63,273 bases of DNA, taken from positions 1-63,273 of IMG/VR virus record IMGVR_UViG_3300048583_000095. One strand, given 5' to 3'. Below are positions 33,396-42,992 of this stretch, in pieces. The notes under the pieces were generated by a model. The model did not search any database, was not told the DNA's origin, and worked only from the letters and a program-made list of their open reading frames with translations. This DNA is from a virus. The position numbers and the translations under genes are program-made. How positions within the stretch are numbered: position 1 is the first letter of the stretch; every line of letters begins with the position of its first letter.

Positions 33396-34204
33396 TACGT
33401 ACCCACCCGTCGAGCGTGCTCGCCGTCGATGTCGAAGATGGTCGCGATCCCAGTGTTCGAGGGGTTCTTGCGGTTCAAGAACAGATCAGTCCAGTACAGG
33501 CCGGTCCGACCAGCCGAGAACGAGTCGGCGTCGAAGAACACCTTCGTTACGCCTTGCCGCGTGATCTGTTGAACCATGCTCTCAGGTAGCAGACAGTCGC
33601 CCGCGCCGACACAGCGCTTCACGATCTCCGTTGCGAGCTGTCCGGCCGCCATCTGTCCGGCGCGCGGCACCCGCGTGCCGTACTGCGCCGTGACCGACCA
33701 CGTTCCGTCTTCGGTGTCCGCTAGGTTGAGATCGTTACACCGGGGCCAGTCCTGCCCGTCGAGCCGCACGAGTAGACGCCAGTCGTCGACCCGGTATGCC
33801 GTCGTCGGCAGCATGACGCCGTCGACCTTCACTTGCGTCACGTTCGCGACGGGGTAGGGAAGCGCGACTTCAGAGACCTGCGAGCACGAACAGCCCGACG
33901 AGCACGAGCCGCACGCAATGTTGAACCACTTCCCGCCGACGAGCGCCGGAGCCGGGTACGGCCACGACATGCCGCCGACGTCGTACCATCCGGTCGACGG
34001 AATCCACGGCCACGCCGGGAAGCAGTCCTTCCGGCACGGCCGGAGCGTCATGGAGCATAGGCCGAACTGCTTCTTCGTGCCTTCCCACAGGACTTCCGTC
34101 GCGATCCACTCGGCTTCTTCGATCTGCGCGGGTGTGGCTCCGGCCGGGTAGCTCGTGCAGAGCGTAGGCCACGGCTCGCACGGCCCGGTGTCTAGCGCTG
34201 CCAT
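33395..34204 (-). CDS. virion structural protein (head-tail adaptor candidate)
   Basis: 269-aa Cys/Trp-rich ORF; synteny. Confidence 0.6.
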   Translation of the reverse strand: MAALDTGPCEPWPTLCTSYPAGATPAQIEEAEWIATEVLWEGTKKQFGLCSMTLRPCRKDCFPAWPWIPSTGWYDVGGMSWPYPAPALVGGKWFNIACGSCSSGCSCSQVSEVALPYPVANVTQVKVDGVMLPTTAYRVDDWRLLVRLDGQDWPRCNDLNLADTEDGTWSVTAQYGTRVPRAGQMAAGQLATEIVKRCVGAGDCLLPESMVQQITRQGVTKVFFDADSFSAGRTGLYWTDLFLNRKNPSNTGIATIFDIDGEHARRVGT

Positions 34205-34996
34205 CTATCCCGATCCTTCCGGCCGCTCCGGCACGACATCCCCGTTGCGTCCCTGCTTCGGCACACGAAGCTTGCGAGCGACGTGATAGCCGCGAGTCCC
34301 GTACGGCCCGAGCGGCGCGGACGTACCGCCGATGTACCGGGCGACGGTTCGCGTTCCGCTCATGCGGACCGATCCTTTATCCCAGTCTACCGTCAGAGCG
34401 GACGTGTCTTCGCCGATGAAGTGGTGCGCAACCCGGCCGTCTCCGTGCCCGATCAGTGAAGGGATGTTCCGATGGTCGACGAGGCTCGGGAAGGTGCACC
34501 ACGTACCCATACGCTTCACGTCGATCGCGAAGCGACCGATACGCCGGTCGTAGTTCGGATAGTCCTGCACGTCGCACCACGGCAACATTTCGTCGATGAT
34601 CGACGTCGGCGCGGTGATCGCGACTCCCCAATTCAGGGACGGCATTTCGATGAACGCGGCTCCGGCCGCAGCGGCTTCGCGCACGACCCGCTCGACGCGC
34701 CCCGCGACGGGGCGTCGCGTGCCGATGTACGGCGTCACGAGCACGTTCGGCGGGACGCGATCGAGCGCCTTTTCCATCCCGGCGATGAGGTCGGCGCACG
34801 GAAGCGCGTCGTCCTGCACGACCATGCCCCAATCGGCGGCCGGGTCGATCGCTTCCCACGCGCGGCGGCCGGTGTCCCACCGATCATTACGGCGATCCCA
34901 GATCACATCGTCGTCCGTGAGCCCGAGCCGTTCGACGAGGTCGCCGACGTACTGCGCCCGCTTCTCGTGCGCCATGATCTTTACGGAGAGTCGCAT
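34205..34996 (-). CDS. glycosyltransferase-like protein
   Basis: ORF trimmed to ATG 34996 (MRLSVKIMAHEK...). GT-A-like features (VVQDDALP). Tentative from motif and context. Confidence 0.55.
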   Translation of the reverse strand: MRLSVKIMAHEKRAQYVGDLVERLGLTDDDVIWDRRNDRWDTGRRAWEAIDPAADWGMVVQDDALPCADLIAGMEKALDRVPPNVLVTPYIGTRRPVAGRVERVVREAAAAGAAFIEMPSLNWGVAITAPTSIIDEMLPWCDVQDYPNYDRRIGRFAIDVKRMGTWCTFPSLVDHRNIPSLIGHGDGRVAHHFIGEDTSALTVDWDKGSVRMSGTRTVARYIGGTSAPLGPYGTRGYHVARKLRVPKQGRNGDVVPERPEGSG

Positions 34997-35592
34997 TACC
35001 GCACCTTCTCGTATACGAAGAACGAAGCGAGACCTTCGCGAAGCGGCGTCTCGACGGTCGTGAGTCCCCAATCGGGGAACCGCTCGGCGATGTTCGGCGT
35101 GAATTCGCGCCGGAAGACGTGACGAGCCGTACGGCCGCCTGCGTAGTTCGTTGCATAGATCATGACGTACTTGTCGGCGCTCTGAAAGAGGTTCGCGAGG
35201 TACGAGAAGTAGTCGACGTCGTCGGGGAAGTGAAAGAGCACGTCGAGCGACAGCGCGAGGTCGAAGTGCGTGCGGGTGCCGGTGGCGAAGGCTTCGGGGG
35301 TGTGGAACAGGTAGCGCGGACCGGTGAACTTCTCGCGCATCTTCGCCACGATCAGCGGTGAGACGTCGACCCCGAGATACTGCGTCTCGGCCGGAAGCTC
35401 GACGAGTCCGAGTACCTGCCCGTCGCCGCATCCCCAGTCGACGACGGTCTTCACGTCGTGGTCGGCGATGAACTTCGAGACGTACTCGGCCTTGTACGCG
35501 CCTTCGTCGCCTTCGGAACCCGCGCCCGAGCTGCGTCCCTCGCGGTATCGCCGATCCCAGTACCCGGCCGGTGTGTATTCGATCTGCTTCAC
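34996..35592 (-). CDS. class I SAM-dependent methyltransferase
   Basis: GTG start in GTGA overlap; motif I VVDWGCGDGQ; post-I LGVDVS. Confidence 0.75.
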   Translation of the reverse strand: MKQIEYTPAGYWDRRYREGRSSGAGSEGDEGAYKAEYVSKFIADHDVKTVVDWGCGDGQVLGLVELPAETQYLGVDVSPLIVAKMREKFTGPRYLFHTPEAFATGTRTHFDLALSLDVLFHFPDDVDYFSYLANLFQSADKYVMIYATNYAGGRTARHVFRREFTPNIAERFPDWGLTTVETPLREGLASFFVYEKVR

Positions 35593-36215
35593 TTCGTCAC
35601 TCCCGGCTTCCGCGCGCCGACGACATCGCCCGCGTGGGCGATGGCAAGCCGTTCGCTCTTGAGCTTGTCGATGTCGATCAGTTCGCCGGAGGTTTCGAGA
35701 TCGCCGACCGCGAGCGACACGCCGGGGTTCTTCGTGACGCCGAAGTCGTCGAAGATGATCACGGCATGGGGCGCAAGGTGACGCCGCCACGCGCGGAAAT
35801 CGGCTAGCACGGCCTCGCGCGAGTGGTCGCCGTCGATGTACAGCAGGCCGACCGGTGGCCCGTCGTACAGCTCGGCCGCGAGCGTCGTCAGCGATCGAAT
35901 GACGTGCACGCCGTCGCTCACTCCGGCCTTGTCGAGCTGCGCCGTGAAGTCTTCGAAGGCGGGGCTCGGGAGCGTCGAGAGCACGGCGGCGCGCCACGCC
36001 GACACTTCTTCCGACCACGCATCGACCGCGTACACGGGCGCGCTGTTGTCGATCGCTGCGCCGGTCGCGAGATAGCACGTCGACTTGCCACGGTACGAGC
36101 CGAGTTCGACGATTGCCTGATCGGCGGGCACGAGCGCGGCGAAGGCGTACAGCAGCTCGCCGACGTCGCGCGAGATCAGGCCGTCGAGTTCGGCGAGTTC
36201 ATCGAAGTTCATCAT
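35589..36215 (-). CDS. class I SAM-dependent (O-)methyltransferase
   Basis: IVELGSYRGKST motif I-like, LLYIDGDHS motif; Methyltransf_24-like pattern. Confidence 0.7.
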   Translation of the reverse strand: MMNFDELAELDGLISRDVGELLYAFAALVPADQAIVELGSYRGKSTCYLATGAAIDNSAPVYAVDAWSEEVSAWRAAVLSTLPSPAFEDFTAQLDKAGVSDGVHVIRSLTTLAAELYDGPPVGLLYIDGDHSREAVLADFRAWRRHLAPHAVIIFDDFGVTKNPGVSLAVGDLETSGELIDIDKLKSERLAIAHAGDVVGARKPGVTK

Positions 36216-36216
36216 G

Positions 36217-36885
36217 TTAGACCCTTCGGGCAGGTTGCCGAGCGTACAAGACGCGCCGGGTGTGATCCCAACTGTGCACAGCGTAAACGTCCGCTGCGAA
36301 GTCCTCGGGCACCGTGCCGCGCTTGACGTCGATGTACGAGTACGGGAACCACGACCGTTGCGGCGCTATGTGCCCGCCGTAACGATTCCACACGGGCGTG
36401 ATGTACTGCGGCCCGCTCAGCTTGTTCGGTCGCTTGCCCCGGAATCGGTGCACGTTCGCCGGGAGCCCGGCGACGAGCGTTTGCATGATCTCGTGCCCCG
36501 GGATAGCCCCGAGGTACGTGTTCCCGATCCACGTCCGATCCTCGTGCGCCGCGAACTCACGATGCCCGGCAAGCGCCGGTTCGATCGGCCGGAGCGGGAT
36601 CGTATCGACGTCGGCGTACATGCCGCCGAAGAGGGCGAGGACTTCATACCGCACGATGTCGGCGCGGAACTGCTCGACGGCGTCGCGCGGCACGATCCGC
36701 TCAGCCTGGTCGTACAGTGCTCGGTTCTGAAGCCCGATCTCGTCGATCTCGCGCTCAGTCCAGAGCTTCATATCCCAGTCGGGATGCATCTCTGCCCACG
36801 CGGCGCAGTTCGCCGCGAGGTGATCCGGCATCGGTGGCCCGATCCACACCTGATGCATGATCTTCGGAATGTGCTGTTCGGTCAT
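36217..36885 (-). CDS. glycosyltransferase (GT32 / DXD sugar-transferase-like)
   Basis: IPKIMHQVWIG ... RADIVRYEVLALFGGMYADVD signature. Confidence 0.75.
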   Translation of the reverse strand: MTEQHIPKIMHQVWIGPPMPDHLAANCAAWAEMHPDWDMKLWTEREIDEIGLQNRALYDQAERIVPRDAVEQFRADIVRYEVLALFGGMYADVDTIPLRPIEPALAGHREFAAHEDRTWIGNTYLGAIPGHEIMQTLVAGLPANVHRFRGKRPNKLSGPQYITPVWNRYGGHIAPQRSWFPYSYIDVKRGTVPEDFAADVYAVHSWDHTRRVLYARQPARRV

Positions 36886-36963
36886 GTCACCTCGTCTATG
36901 CCGAAGCGCCCGTGACCGGATGTCACGGGCGCTTCATAGGTCAGATGGAATTAGCTTAGCGCA

Positions 36964-37626
36964 TTAGCTGCCGATCTCGACAGCACCGCATCCCGCTTCC
37001 GGTGGCGGCGTCGTCGTGATGGCGAAGGCGTAGTGCTTCCCGGGTCCCCACGCCGATACGGGCGTGTTCGAGAGCCACGGGTTCCCGATGTCCCACAGCG
37101 GGGAAGCGGGGCGCGTCTTCGACATGTACGAGAAGGTGAAGACGTCGTTCGCGAAGGTGAACTCTTGAATCTGCGCGTCGTACTCGTGCGGGAAGGCCCA
37201 ATAGATCCACCGTTGGTTGCCTTCGGCGTCGCACGAGCCTTGTCCGGCGACCGGCTGCCACACCTCTTTGGAGAATCGAGCGTTCAGCAGGCCGTCGCCG
37301 AACTGCACGCCGACGAAGTCGGTCGCCGACGAAATCGGGTCCTCACCCGTCACGAGGGCGATCAGGTCGACGTCGAGCGTGCAGAGATTGACCGTCTGCT
37401 CAACCCAATTCAGAAAGCCGGGGTCCTGCTCGTTCACGCAGGGCTCGCCGTTCGCCTTCCGCTGTAGGAACCGGGTTCCGGCCTCGTAGTTCGGCGCATT
37501 CTGGATTTCGACGAACGAATCGGTCGTGACCTGCGCCGACCCATCGCCGAATACCGGAGCGCCGCAGGCGTCGAGCAGCGTAAACCGCGCCACTTCCGCC
37601 TTGATCGGTGCTTCGCACACGGGCAT
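36964..37626 (-). CDS. virion structural protein (major tail subunit candidate)
   Basis: ORF trimmed to ATG 37626 (MPVCEAPIKAEV...); abundant-protein-like composition; function uncertain. Confidence 0.6.
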   Translation of the reverse strand: MPVCEAPIKAEVARFTLLDACGAPVFGDGSAQVTTDSFVEIQNAPNYEAGTRFLQRKANGEPCVNEQDPGFLNWVEQTVNLCTLDVDLIALVTGEDPISSATDFVGVQFGDGLLNARFSKEVWQPVAGQGSCDAEGNQRWIYWAFPHEYDAQIQEFTFANDVFTFSYMSKTRPASPLWDIGNPWLSNTPVSAWGPGKHYAFAITTTPPPEAGCGAVEIGS

Positions 37627-38516
37627 TACAGTTCTCCGTTCAGAATCGGGATGGCGAATAGGCAGCAGTCCCACCCGAACACGTACGTGCGCTCGGCGAT
37701 CATGCTCAGCGTGTTCACGTTCCGGTCGAAGGACTCCACAGCCCGGAACGAATGCGGTTGCGGCTCGCGCATGTAGAACACTTCGCCGGTCGCGTACATC
37801 CAGGTCTGCCCTTCGGGCGGAACCGTTCCGTCCGGTCCCGTTCCGGGGTACTCGCCGATAACCACCTTCGAGCCGACCGACGTCGTGTACATGACGCCGC
37901 CGCGCGGGGCGATCAAGTCATGAGCAGCGGCTAGCGACGCAAGCCGAATCGGCATGTGGATTGTCGCGACGCCGGGATAGCAACGACGCATCGCGGCTTC
38001 GAGCATCCCTAGGCCGACTTCGATCGTCTGCGCGTCGGTGCTCACCACCGTGGCGGGAATCTGCAAGACGTCGCCGCCGTCGACCACTTCCGCGTCTGCC
38101 CCGAGGTGCGGATACGCATCGGTCACGCCTGCGCCCGCGACGATCCCGCCATACCAGAAGATACGTTCGAGTTCGCGCTCTTCAGCTCGAATGAGCGCCT
38201 GCTGATTCGTGGGGCCTAGCTGGTCCCACGTCCCCACAGGCGCGCAGTCGGCTCGGCTGTAGACCGTGATCGGCGTCGCGCCTCGCGAAATCCACTCCCA
38301 CGTTTCGCCCTTCGGCGGCGCTTCGGGAACCTCGTCGAGACGGAAGCAGTCGTCATACGTTCCTGCCGTGTTCGGACAGAACGCCTGCCATTGCAGCCCC
38401 ATACGCCATTGCGGGCCGGTGAGCTGCAATTCCGTCGTAGCAGGCGACAGCAGTCCGTACGCGGAAGTGGTGAACGGCAGAAAGCCGTTATCAAGCGGGA
38501 ATCGCCCTCGTGCCAC
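37626..38516 (-). CDS. virion structural protein with a capsid-like C-terminus (function uncertain)
   Basis: GTG start 9 nt after GGAGG; C-terminal ...NVNTLSMIAERTYVFGWDCCLFAIPI resembles HK97-fold capsid C-termini. Confidence 0.6.
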   Translation of the reverse strand: MARGRFPLDNGFLPFTTSAYGLLSPATTELQLTGPQWRMGLQWQAFCPNTAGTYDDCFRLDEVPEAPPKGETWEWISRGATPITVYSRADCAPVGTWDQLGPTNQQALIRAEERELERIFWYGGIVAGAGVTDAYPHLGADAEVVDGGDVLQIPATVVSTDAQTIEVGLGMLEAAMRRCYPGVATIHMPIRLASLAAAHDLIAPRGGVMYTTSVGSKVVIGEYPGTGPDGTVPPEGQTWMYATGEVFYMREPQPHSFRAVESFDRNVNTLSMIAERTYVFGWDCCLFAIPILNGEL

Positions 38517-38560
38517 TACCGTTCACCTCCTTTCGTGCTGCTCACTGTCGTCACGGCTGC

Positions 38561-40372
38561 TTACGAGCCTGCGCAGGTGAACGTACGAGCGCCGATCTCA
38601 CCCGACGGGCAGAGAGCGACGGTCACGACGCGGGACTCGTGTCCCGGCTTCAGGATGGCGAAGCAGTCCTCAGCCCATGCCGCCGTGTGGTCGTTCGTGG
38701 CGTTCAGAACCGAGTCGCGCGTGACGCCGAGATCGAGCGACATGGAGTTGCCGCGCACGAAGGTGCCGGGCGCGAAGACCATGTAGTCGAGCGTGTCGGG
38801 CCACTCCGTGAGCGCCGTCGCGCCGCCCGGCGTCGCGGTTCCGGCTGCGCCGGGCTCGCGAACCTGCCAGTCGCCGACGAACTGCACGCGAGCGCCGCGC
38901 AGGTTGAACCAGTCGGCAATCATGCCGTTGGTGACGCCGAAGACGTCGATGCCGTCGCGGTTCGCGAGGTCGGCGCGGATCACGGCGTTCGCCCACCGGG
39001 GAAGGACGACTTCGAGTACCGAGTCCGAGCACATCGAGTACTTCTCGCGGTAGTCGATGATCGACAGTTCGATCGACTGAAGCAGCGCCGACGTCGTCGC
39101 GCCGAGTAGGCCGGTGTGGTCGACGGGGATCGATGCCGAGATGGGGTCGCCCGATCCGCCACCGTTCAACATGATGTCGATGATCGCGGCGTTCGTCGCC
39201 TTCGCGCGGATCGCGAACACGAGGCGTAGCCAGTTCGCAATGAGTTCGGGGTACGCGTAGTCGACCAGGTTACCGGCCGTGACGCAGAATCCGAAGCAGT
39301 CGGCGCGACGGTCGACGAAGGTCGGGCACTCGACACGTACGCAGGGCTTGAAGACGGAATCCGACGTCAGCGCGTCGATGTCGTCCTGTTCCGTCCATCC
39401 CCACACGATGTCGGGGATCGTGACGATGTCGCCGAAGCTCGGCGACGTTGGGTACTGCACGCCGCCCCGGTTGAGTCCGACCGTGGGAAGGTCGATCATG
39501 CCGTCTTCGCAGACAATGTTGAAGAAATCGTAAGAGATTTCGCTCGGGGCGCACCATCCGCCAGCGGCCGTGAGGATATCGACGTCGGTCGCGGCCGTCA
39601 AAACGGCGTTGATCTCCTGCGGCGTCGACTTCTCGTTTAGCGTGAAGTTGAACTCACGCTGTAGCGCGGCGACGGGGTAGATGTTGGGGTCGCCGGTCTT
39701 CGAGACCGGGAGCATCCGAGCGCGCGCGTGCATCGCCTGCGCGAGCCCATAGATGTTCTCGACGCGACCACCCTGCACGAAGCCGGGAACGTCGGCCGAC
39801 GCCACAATGACGGCTTCGGAGCGCTCTTCATGCACTCCGGCGTCGGGCGCGTACTTGGCGATCTCGCCGAGCCGGAGGCGACGGTTCAGGTCGGTCTCTG
39901 GCTTGATCCAGTCGGCCGCAAACGCCTTCATCGTGTTCGCGGTCTCCGTCATGGCGAGCATTGCTGCGACGAGCGGCGTGTCACCCTGCGCGGCGACGAG
40001 TTCCCCGGCCTGCTCGGCGTCGGCGTTCTCGCCGTCTGCCTCGTCGGCGCTGCCCTCGTCGGCCTGCGCGTCGGCGTCGGCCGCAGGCCGAACCGAGTTG
40101 CGAAGCTCGGCGGCGCGCCGGTCGCGCTCTTCGCGCTCAGCGTCCCGCGTCGTCGCGACGTCCTGAGCTGCCTTGATCTGCTTCCCGAGCGTTTCCAGCT
40201 CGGTCAGTGCCTCGTCGGTGAGCCCGGTTCCGTCGCCGTACTTGTCGTCGAAAGCCTCTCCGAGCTTCGTCAGCAGCCCGGACAGCTCGGCGTCGTTCAT
40301 CTCCGCCAGCCGAGCATTCAGCTCTTCGGTGCTCTCTGGCAGGTTGAACCCGCCTTCGCTGTTCTTAGGCAT
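38561..40372 (-). CDS. major capsid protein with a long N-terminal coiled-coil/acidic (scaffold-like) extension
   Basis: 603 aa. N-terminal ~190 aa are helical and acidic. The C-terminal ~400 aa have an HK97-like pattern (GGWCAPSE..., ...LNATNDHTAAWAEDCFAILKPG). Follows the protease gene. Confidence 0.75.
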   Translation of the reverse strand: MPKNSEGGFNLPESTEELNARLAEMNDAELSGLLTKLGEAFDDKYGDGTGLTDEALTELETLGKQIKAAQDVATTRDAEREERDRRAAELRNSVRPAADADAQADEGSADEADGENADAEQAGELVAAQGDTPLVAAMLAMTETANTMKAFAADWIKPETDLNRRLRLGEIAKYAPDAGVHEERSEAVIVASADVPGFVQGGRVENIYGLAQAMHARARMLPVSKTGDPNIYPVAALQREFNFTLNEKSTPQEINAVLTAATDVDILTAAGGWCAPSEISYDFFNIVCEDGMIDLPTVGLNRGGVQYPTSPSFGDIVTIPDIVWGWTEQDDIDALTSDSVFKPCVRVECPTFVDRRADCFGFCVTAGNLVDYAYPELIANWLRLVFAIRAKATNAAIIDIMLNGGGSGDPISASIPVDHTGLLGATTSALLQSIELSIIDYREKYSMCSDSVLEVVLPRWANAVIRADLANRDGIDVFGVTNGMIADWFNLRGARVQFVGDWQVREPGAAGTATPGGATALTEWPDTLDYMVFAPGTFVRGNSMSLDLGVTRDSVLNATNDHTAAWAEDCFAILKPGHESRVVTVALCPSGEIGARTFTCAGS

Positions 40373-40456
40373 TTCATCCCTCTATGTATTCAGGTAGATA
40401 CGCGGATCATACATCGATTCGAAGGCGTTCCTTTCGAAAAGCCTTCGTATCTGCGG

Positions 40457-40618
40457 TTAGTTCTGTGCGGCAGGTGCGGTTTCCGGCGCGGGCGCGACCT
40501 GCTGAGACCGCGCCGTCGTCACGACGACGCCGCCGCGCTCGCGAGCGATCCGGGCTTGATCTTCTGTCGAGAAGTGGTTGATCGTTCCCTTTTTCTTGCT
40601 TCCGCAGTTGCAACCCAT
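40457..40618 (-). CDS. small hypothetical protein (53 aa)
   Basis: ATG 2 nt after the MuF-protease stop; MGCNCGSKKKGTINHFSTEDQARIARERGG...; below the ORF-track size cut-off. Confidence 0.4.
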   Translation of the reverse strand: MGCNCGSKKKGTINHFSTEDQARIARERGGVVVTTARSQQVAPAPETAPAAQN

Positions 40619-40619
40619 G

Positions 40620-42992
40620 TCAGTTCCCCCTTACCGCTGCGAGTTCCGCAGCGAAACTGTGGACGCGCGACGCGCGGTCGCGCCCGATCGATGCCGCGAT
40701 GCGCTCGGCTGCGGCGTCCGCATTGAAGCTCATCGTCTGCGGCTCGACGACGCGGCCGAACCGCACTGGCACCGTGACGTGTTCGAGCTGTCCGCCCCTC
40801 ATGCTCATGAAGGCGTTCGAGCGCTTCGGGAATCCGGGCACCGGCACGAGCAGCGCCCCGGCGAGTTCACGCTTCCCGGGCTTCTCGCGGTGCGGACCCC
40901 AGTCGCCGGAAAGCTGGCAAGCCATCATCCGGCGCACCTGGTCGGGCGTGACGTCCGGCAGCACTGCGCCGGAAATCCACACGCCGCGCGAGTTCTCGCC
41001 GACGCGAACGGTCGCCACGATCGAGCACGAATTGTCGTAGTGCTCGCGCCGCGCCGCGCCGACGACGCGCGGCGACGCCACGGCGTGCCCGCAGTCCATC
41101 GTGATCGGGCCGGTTGCGACTCGGGAGTACCCGCCGTGCCCGTCGTCGGCGAGCGTTACGCGGTTCATCCAAATGCCGTAGTCGACGTTCCCCATCGGCA
41201 CCGTGACGCGCTTGTCCCGGATGCCGCGATGGGCGACGTTCTTCGGCGCGAGGTATCCGAAGATGCGTCCTTCATCGGTGATCGTGATCGCGCCAATCTC
41301 GGGCTCATCGTGCGGCTCGGCGAACCACTCGGCCGGAGGCAGGTCGGGGATTTCCATCGTGAACGACGAAGCCGTGACCGGCATGTCGACAACGTCGGCT
41401 TCGACTGGCGTTCCCTCCGGCACCGGCTCGTCGAGATAGAGCCGGGCTTCGACGTACGCCGGGATGTCGACGAGCGTCGCGGCGCGGATGCGGCCGGAGT
41501 GGTACACGACCATCTCGGGGATCATGCACGCCATGTCGGGGCCGTCATTGTCGTCGAGCAGCGTCCCGGCGTCGTCGGGCGCTTCTTCGAGTTCACACGA
41601 GTCCGGAAAGACATACTCGACGTTCAACCCCTGCGGGTCCTCGGGATCGTCGGCGTCGATCGAGACACCGGCTAGGAATCCGGGATCATCGCGCGTTCCC
41701 ATCTGCTCAGCAGCGCGTCGACCCCATTCGGTATCGAGATTGAGCACGCCGCGCCCGTGCAGCTCGTTACCGACGCGCGTGATCGTGTCGATGCGGCCGA
41801 CGTTCACAACCTTGTCGGTCGCCATGCCGCCGTGTGAGCGCTCGTACATCCAACCGAGCGGGATTTCTAGCGAGGCCGTATCGCCGAGCGCGGGCCACGT
41901 GAGCGCGCCCGCCGCGAACTGACGGCCGTCACCGGTCGGCGTGCCTTCGACGACGAGCACGCCCGACCACGGCACGGTGTTGCGCATCGTGGCAGGCATC
42001 ACGGCGTCGGCCCCGTCTTCGGCCTCCGACGCGTGCAGCGCGGCAAGCTGCGCTTCGGCATCCTCGCGCGTGGCGTGGCAGCCTTCGAGTTCGTTGTCTT
42101 CGTCCTTCACGACGGCGAACTCACCAGCGTCGCAACGCTCGTCGCCTTCGACAATCGACCACGGCATTTCGGTGTCCTCAATCTGGTAAGCAGCGGCGTT
42201 CAGGGTTACGGTGCCGGTCGACGCCGTGTTGAGCGCATCGACGTCGATGATCGTAATCGTCGTGCACCGGCAGTTGATCACTTCGCCCGGTGGTCCGGCC
42301 GGGTCGCCGGGGAAGTCGAGCGACGCGCCGCCGACCGTGAAGGGCTCGTTCAGGCCGACCGTCTGCCCGTCCGCTTCCACGTGCGTCGGGCGCGTGCGCG
42401 CGTCTTCGGCCGCCTGCCAGCGCCGAGAGAACGCGCTCGGGACGCCGAAGGACGCGCTCACGCGGCGCACGCTCGCGGCGTTCACGGTGTTGCGCGCGCC
42501 GTGCGACTCCGTGCGCGCGATCACGCGCGCGCGCGGCTCCGTGACTCCGGCCGCCGCGCGCACGCGCTGCGCAATCGTCGGGATGTCTTCCCCCGCTGCG
42601 AGTCCTTCGGCGATGGCAGTGCGCGCGTTGAACCACAGCTCATTACCGATGCCGACGAGCCGGTTCTTCGCCTGCGCAAGGTAGCGCTGCGTGTCGAGTG
42701 GTTCGTCTAGCAACGGGAGCGCGCCGAGCGCGCTGCTCAGTGCGCGCGCAGCGTCGTCACCCGCGATGGACATCGACACCGTGAGCGCCGGAAGCAACTG
42801 CGCGTCGACATACTCGTTCCACAGCGTCGTGATGAGGTCGACGACCGCCCCCGACAGCGTCGACAGGTTGTTGTGTTCGACTTCTTCGGCCGCAGCCGCA
42901 ACAACTAGGACGAGCCCGGCCGCAACTAGGGCTTCGTACTCTTCGGCTGCTGCTTCGAGTTCTTCGATCGACTGCGGTTCGAGTTCAGCCAC
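40620..42992 (-). CDS. MuF-like head morphogenesis protein fused to capsid maturation protease
   Basis: MuF/gp7 motif ARTESHGARN...TRPTHVEADGQTV...INCRC in the N-terminal third; long C-terminal domain in protease position; GTG start overlaps the portal stop. Confidence 0.75.
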   Translation of the reverse strand: MAELEPQSIEELEAAAEEYEALVAAGLVLVVAAAAEEVEHNNLSTLSGAVVDLITTLWNEYVDAQLLPALTVSMSIAGDDAARALSSALGALPLLDEPLDTQRYLAQAKNRLVGIGNELWFNARTAIAEGLAAGEDIPTIAQRVRAAAGVTEPRARVIARTESHGARNTVNAASVRRVSASFGVPSAFSRRWQAAEDARTRPTHVEADGQTVGLNEPFTVGGASLDFPGDPAGPPGEVINCRCTTITIIDVDALNTASTGTVTLNAAAYQIEDTEMPWSIVEGDERCDAGEFAVVKDEDNELEGCHATREDAEAQLAALHASEAEDGADAVMPATMRNTVPWSGVLVVEGTPTGDGRQFAAGALTWPALGDTASLEIPLGWMYERSHGGMATDKVVNVGRIDTITRVGNELHGRGVLNLDTEWGRRAAEQMGTRDDPGFLAGVSIDADDPEDPQGLNVEYVFPDSCELEEAPDDAGTLLDDNDGPDMACMIPEMVVYHSGRIRAATLVDIPAYVEARLYLDEPVPEGTPVEADVVDMPVTASSFTMEIPDLPPAEWFAEPHDEPEIGAITITDEGRIFGYLAPKNVAHRGIRDKRVTVPMGNVDYGIWMNRVTLADDGHGGYSRVATGPITMDCGHAVASPRVVGAARREHYDNSCSIVATVRVGENSRGVWISGAVLPDVTPDQVRRMMACQLSGDWGPHREKPGKRELAGALLVPVPGFPKRSNAFMSMRGGQLEHVTVPVRFGRVVEPQTMSFNADAAAERIAASIGRDRASRVHSFAAELAAVRGN

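Noticed and set aside
40407-40613. 68-aa track ORF between the MuF-protease and capsid genes
   Set aside because: The translation is Arg-rich junk. A different frame gives a more plausible 53-aa product (40457..40618) coupled to the upstream stop, though that call is also low confidence.
42400-42620. Second GCGCGC-rich patch inside the MuF-protease gene as another regulatory repeat cluster
   Set aside because: It coincides with an Ala/Arg-rich peptide segment in a single reading frame and lacks the GA-prefixed octamer regularity and non-coding copies seen at 18941-21326.
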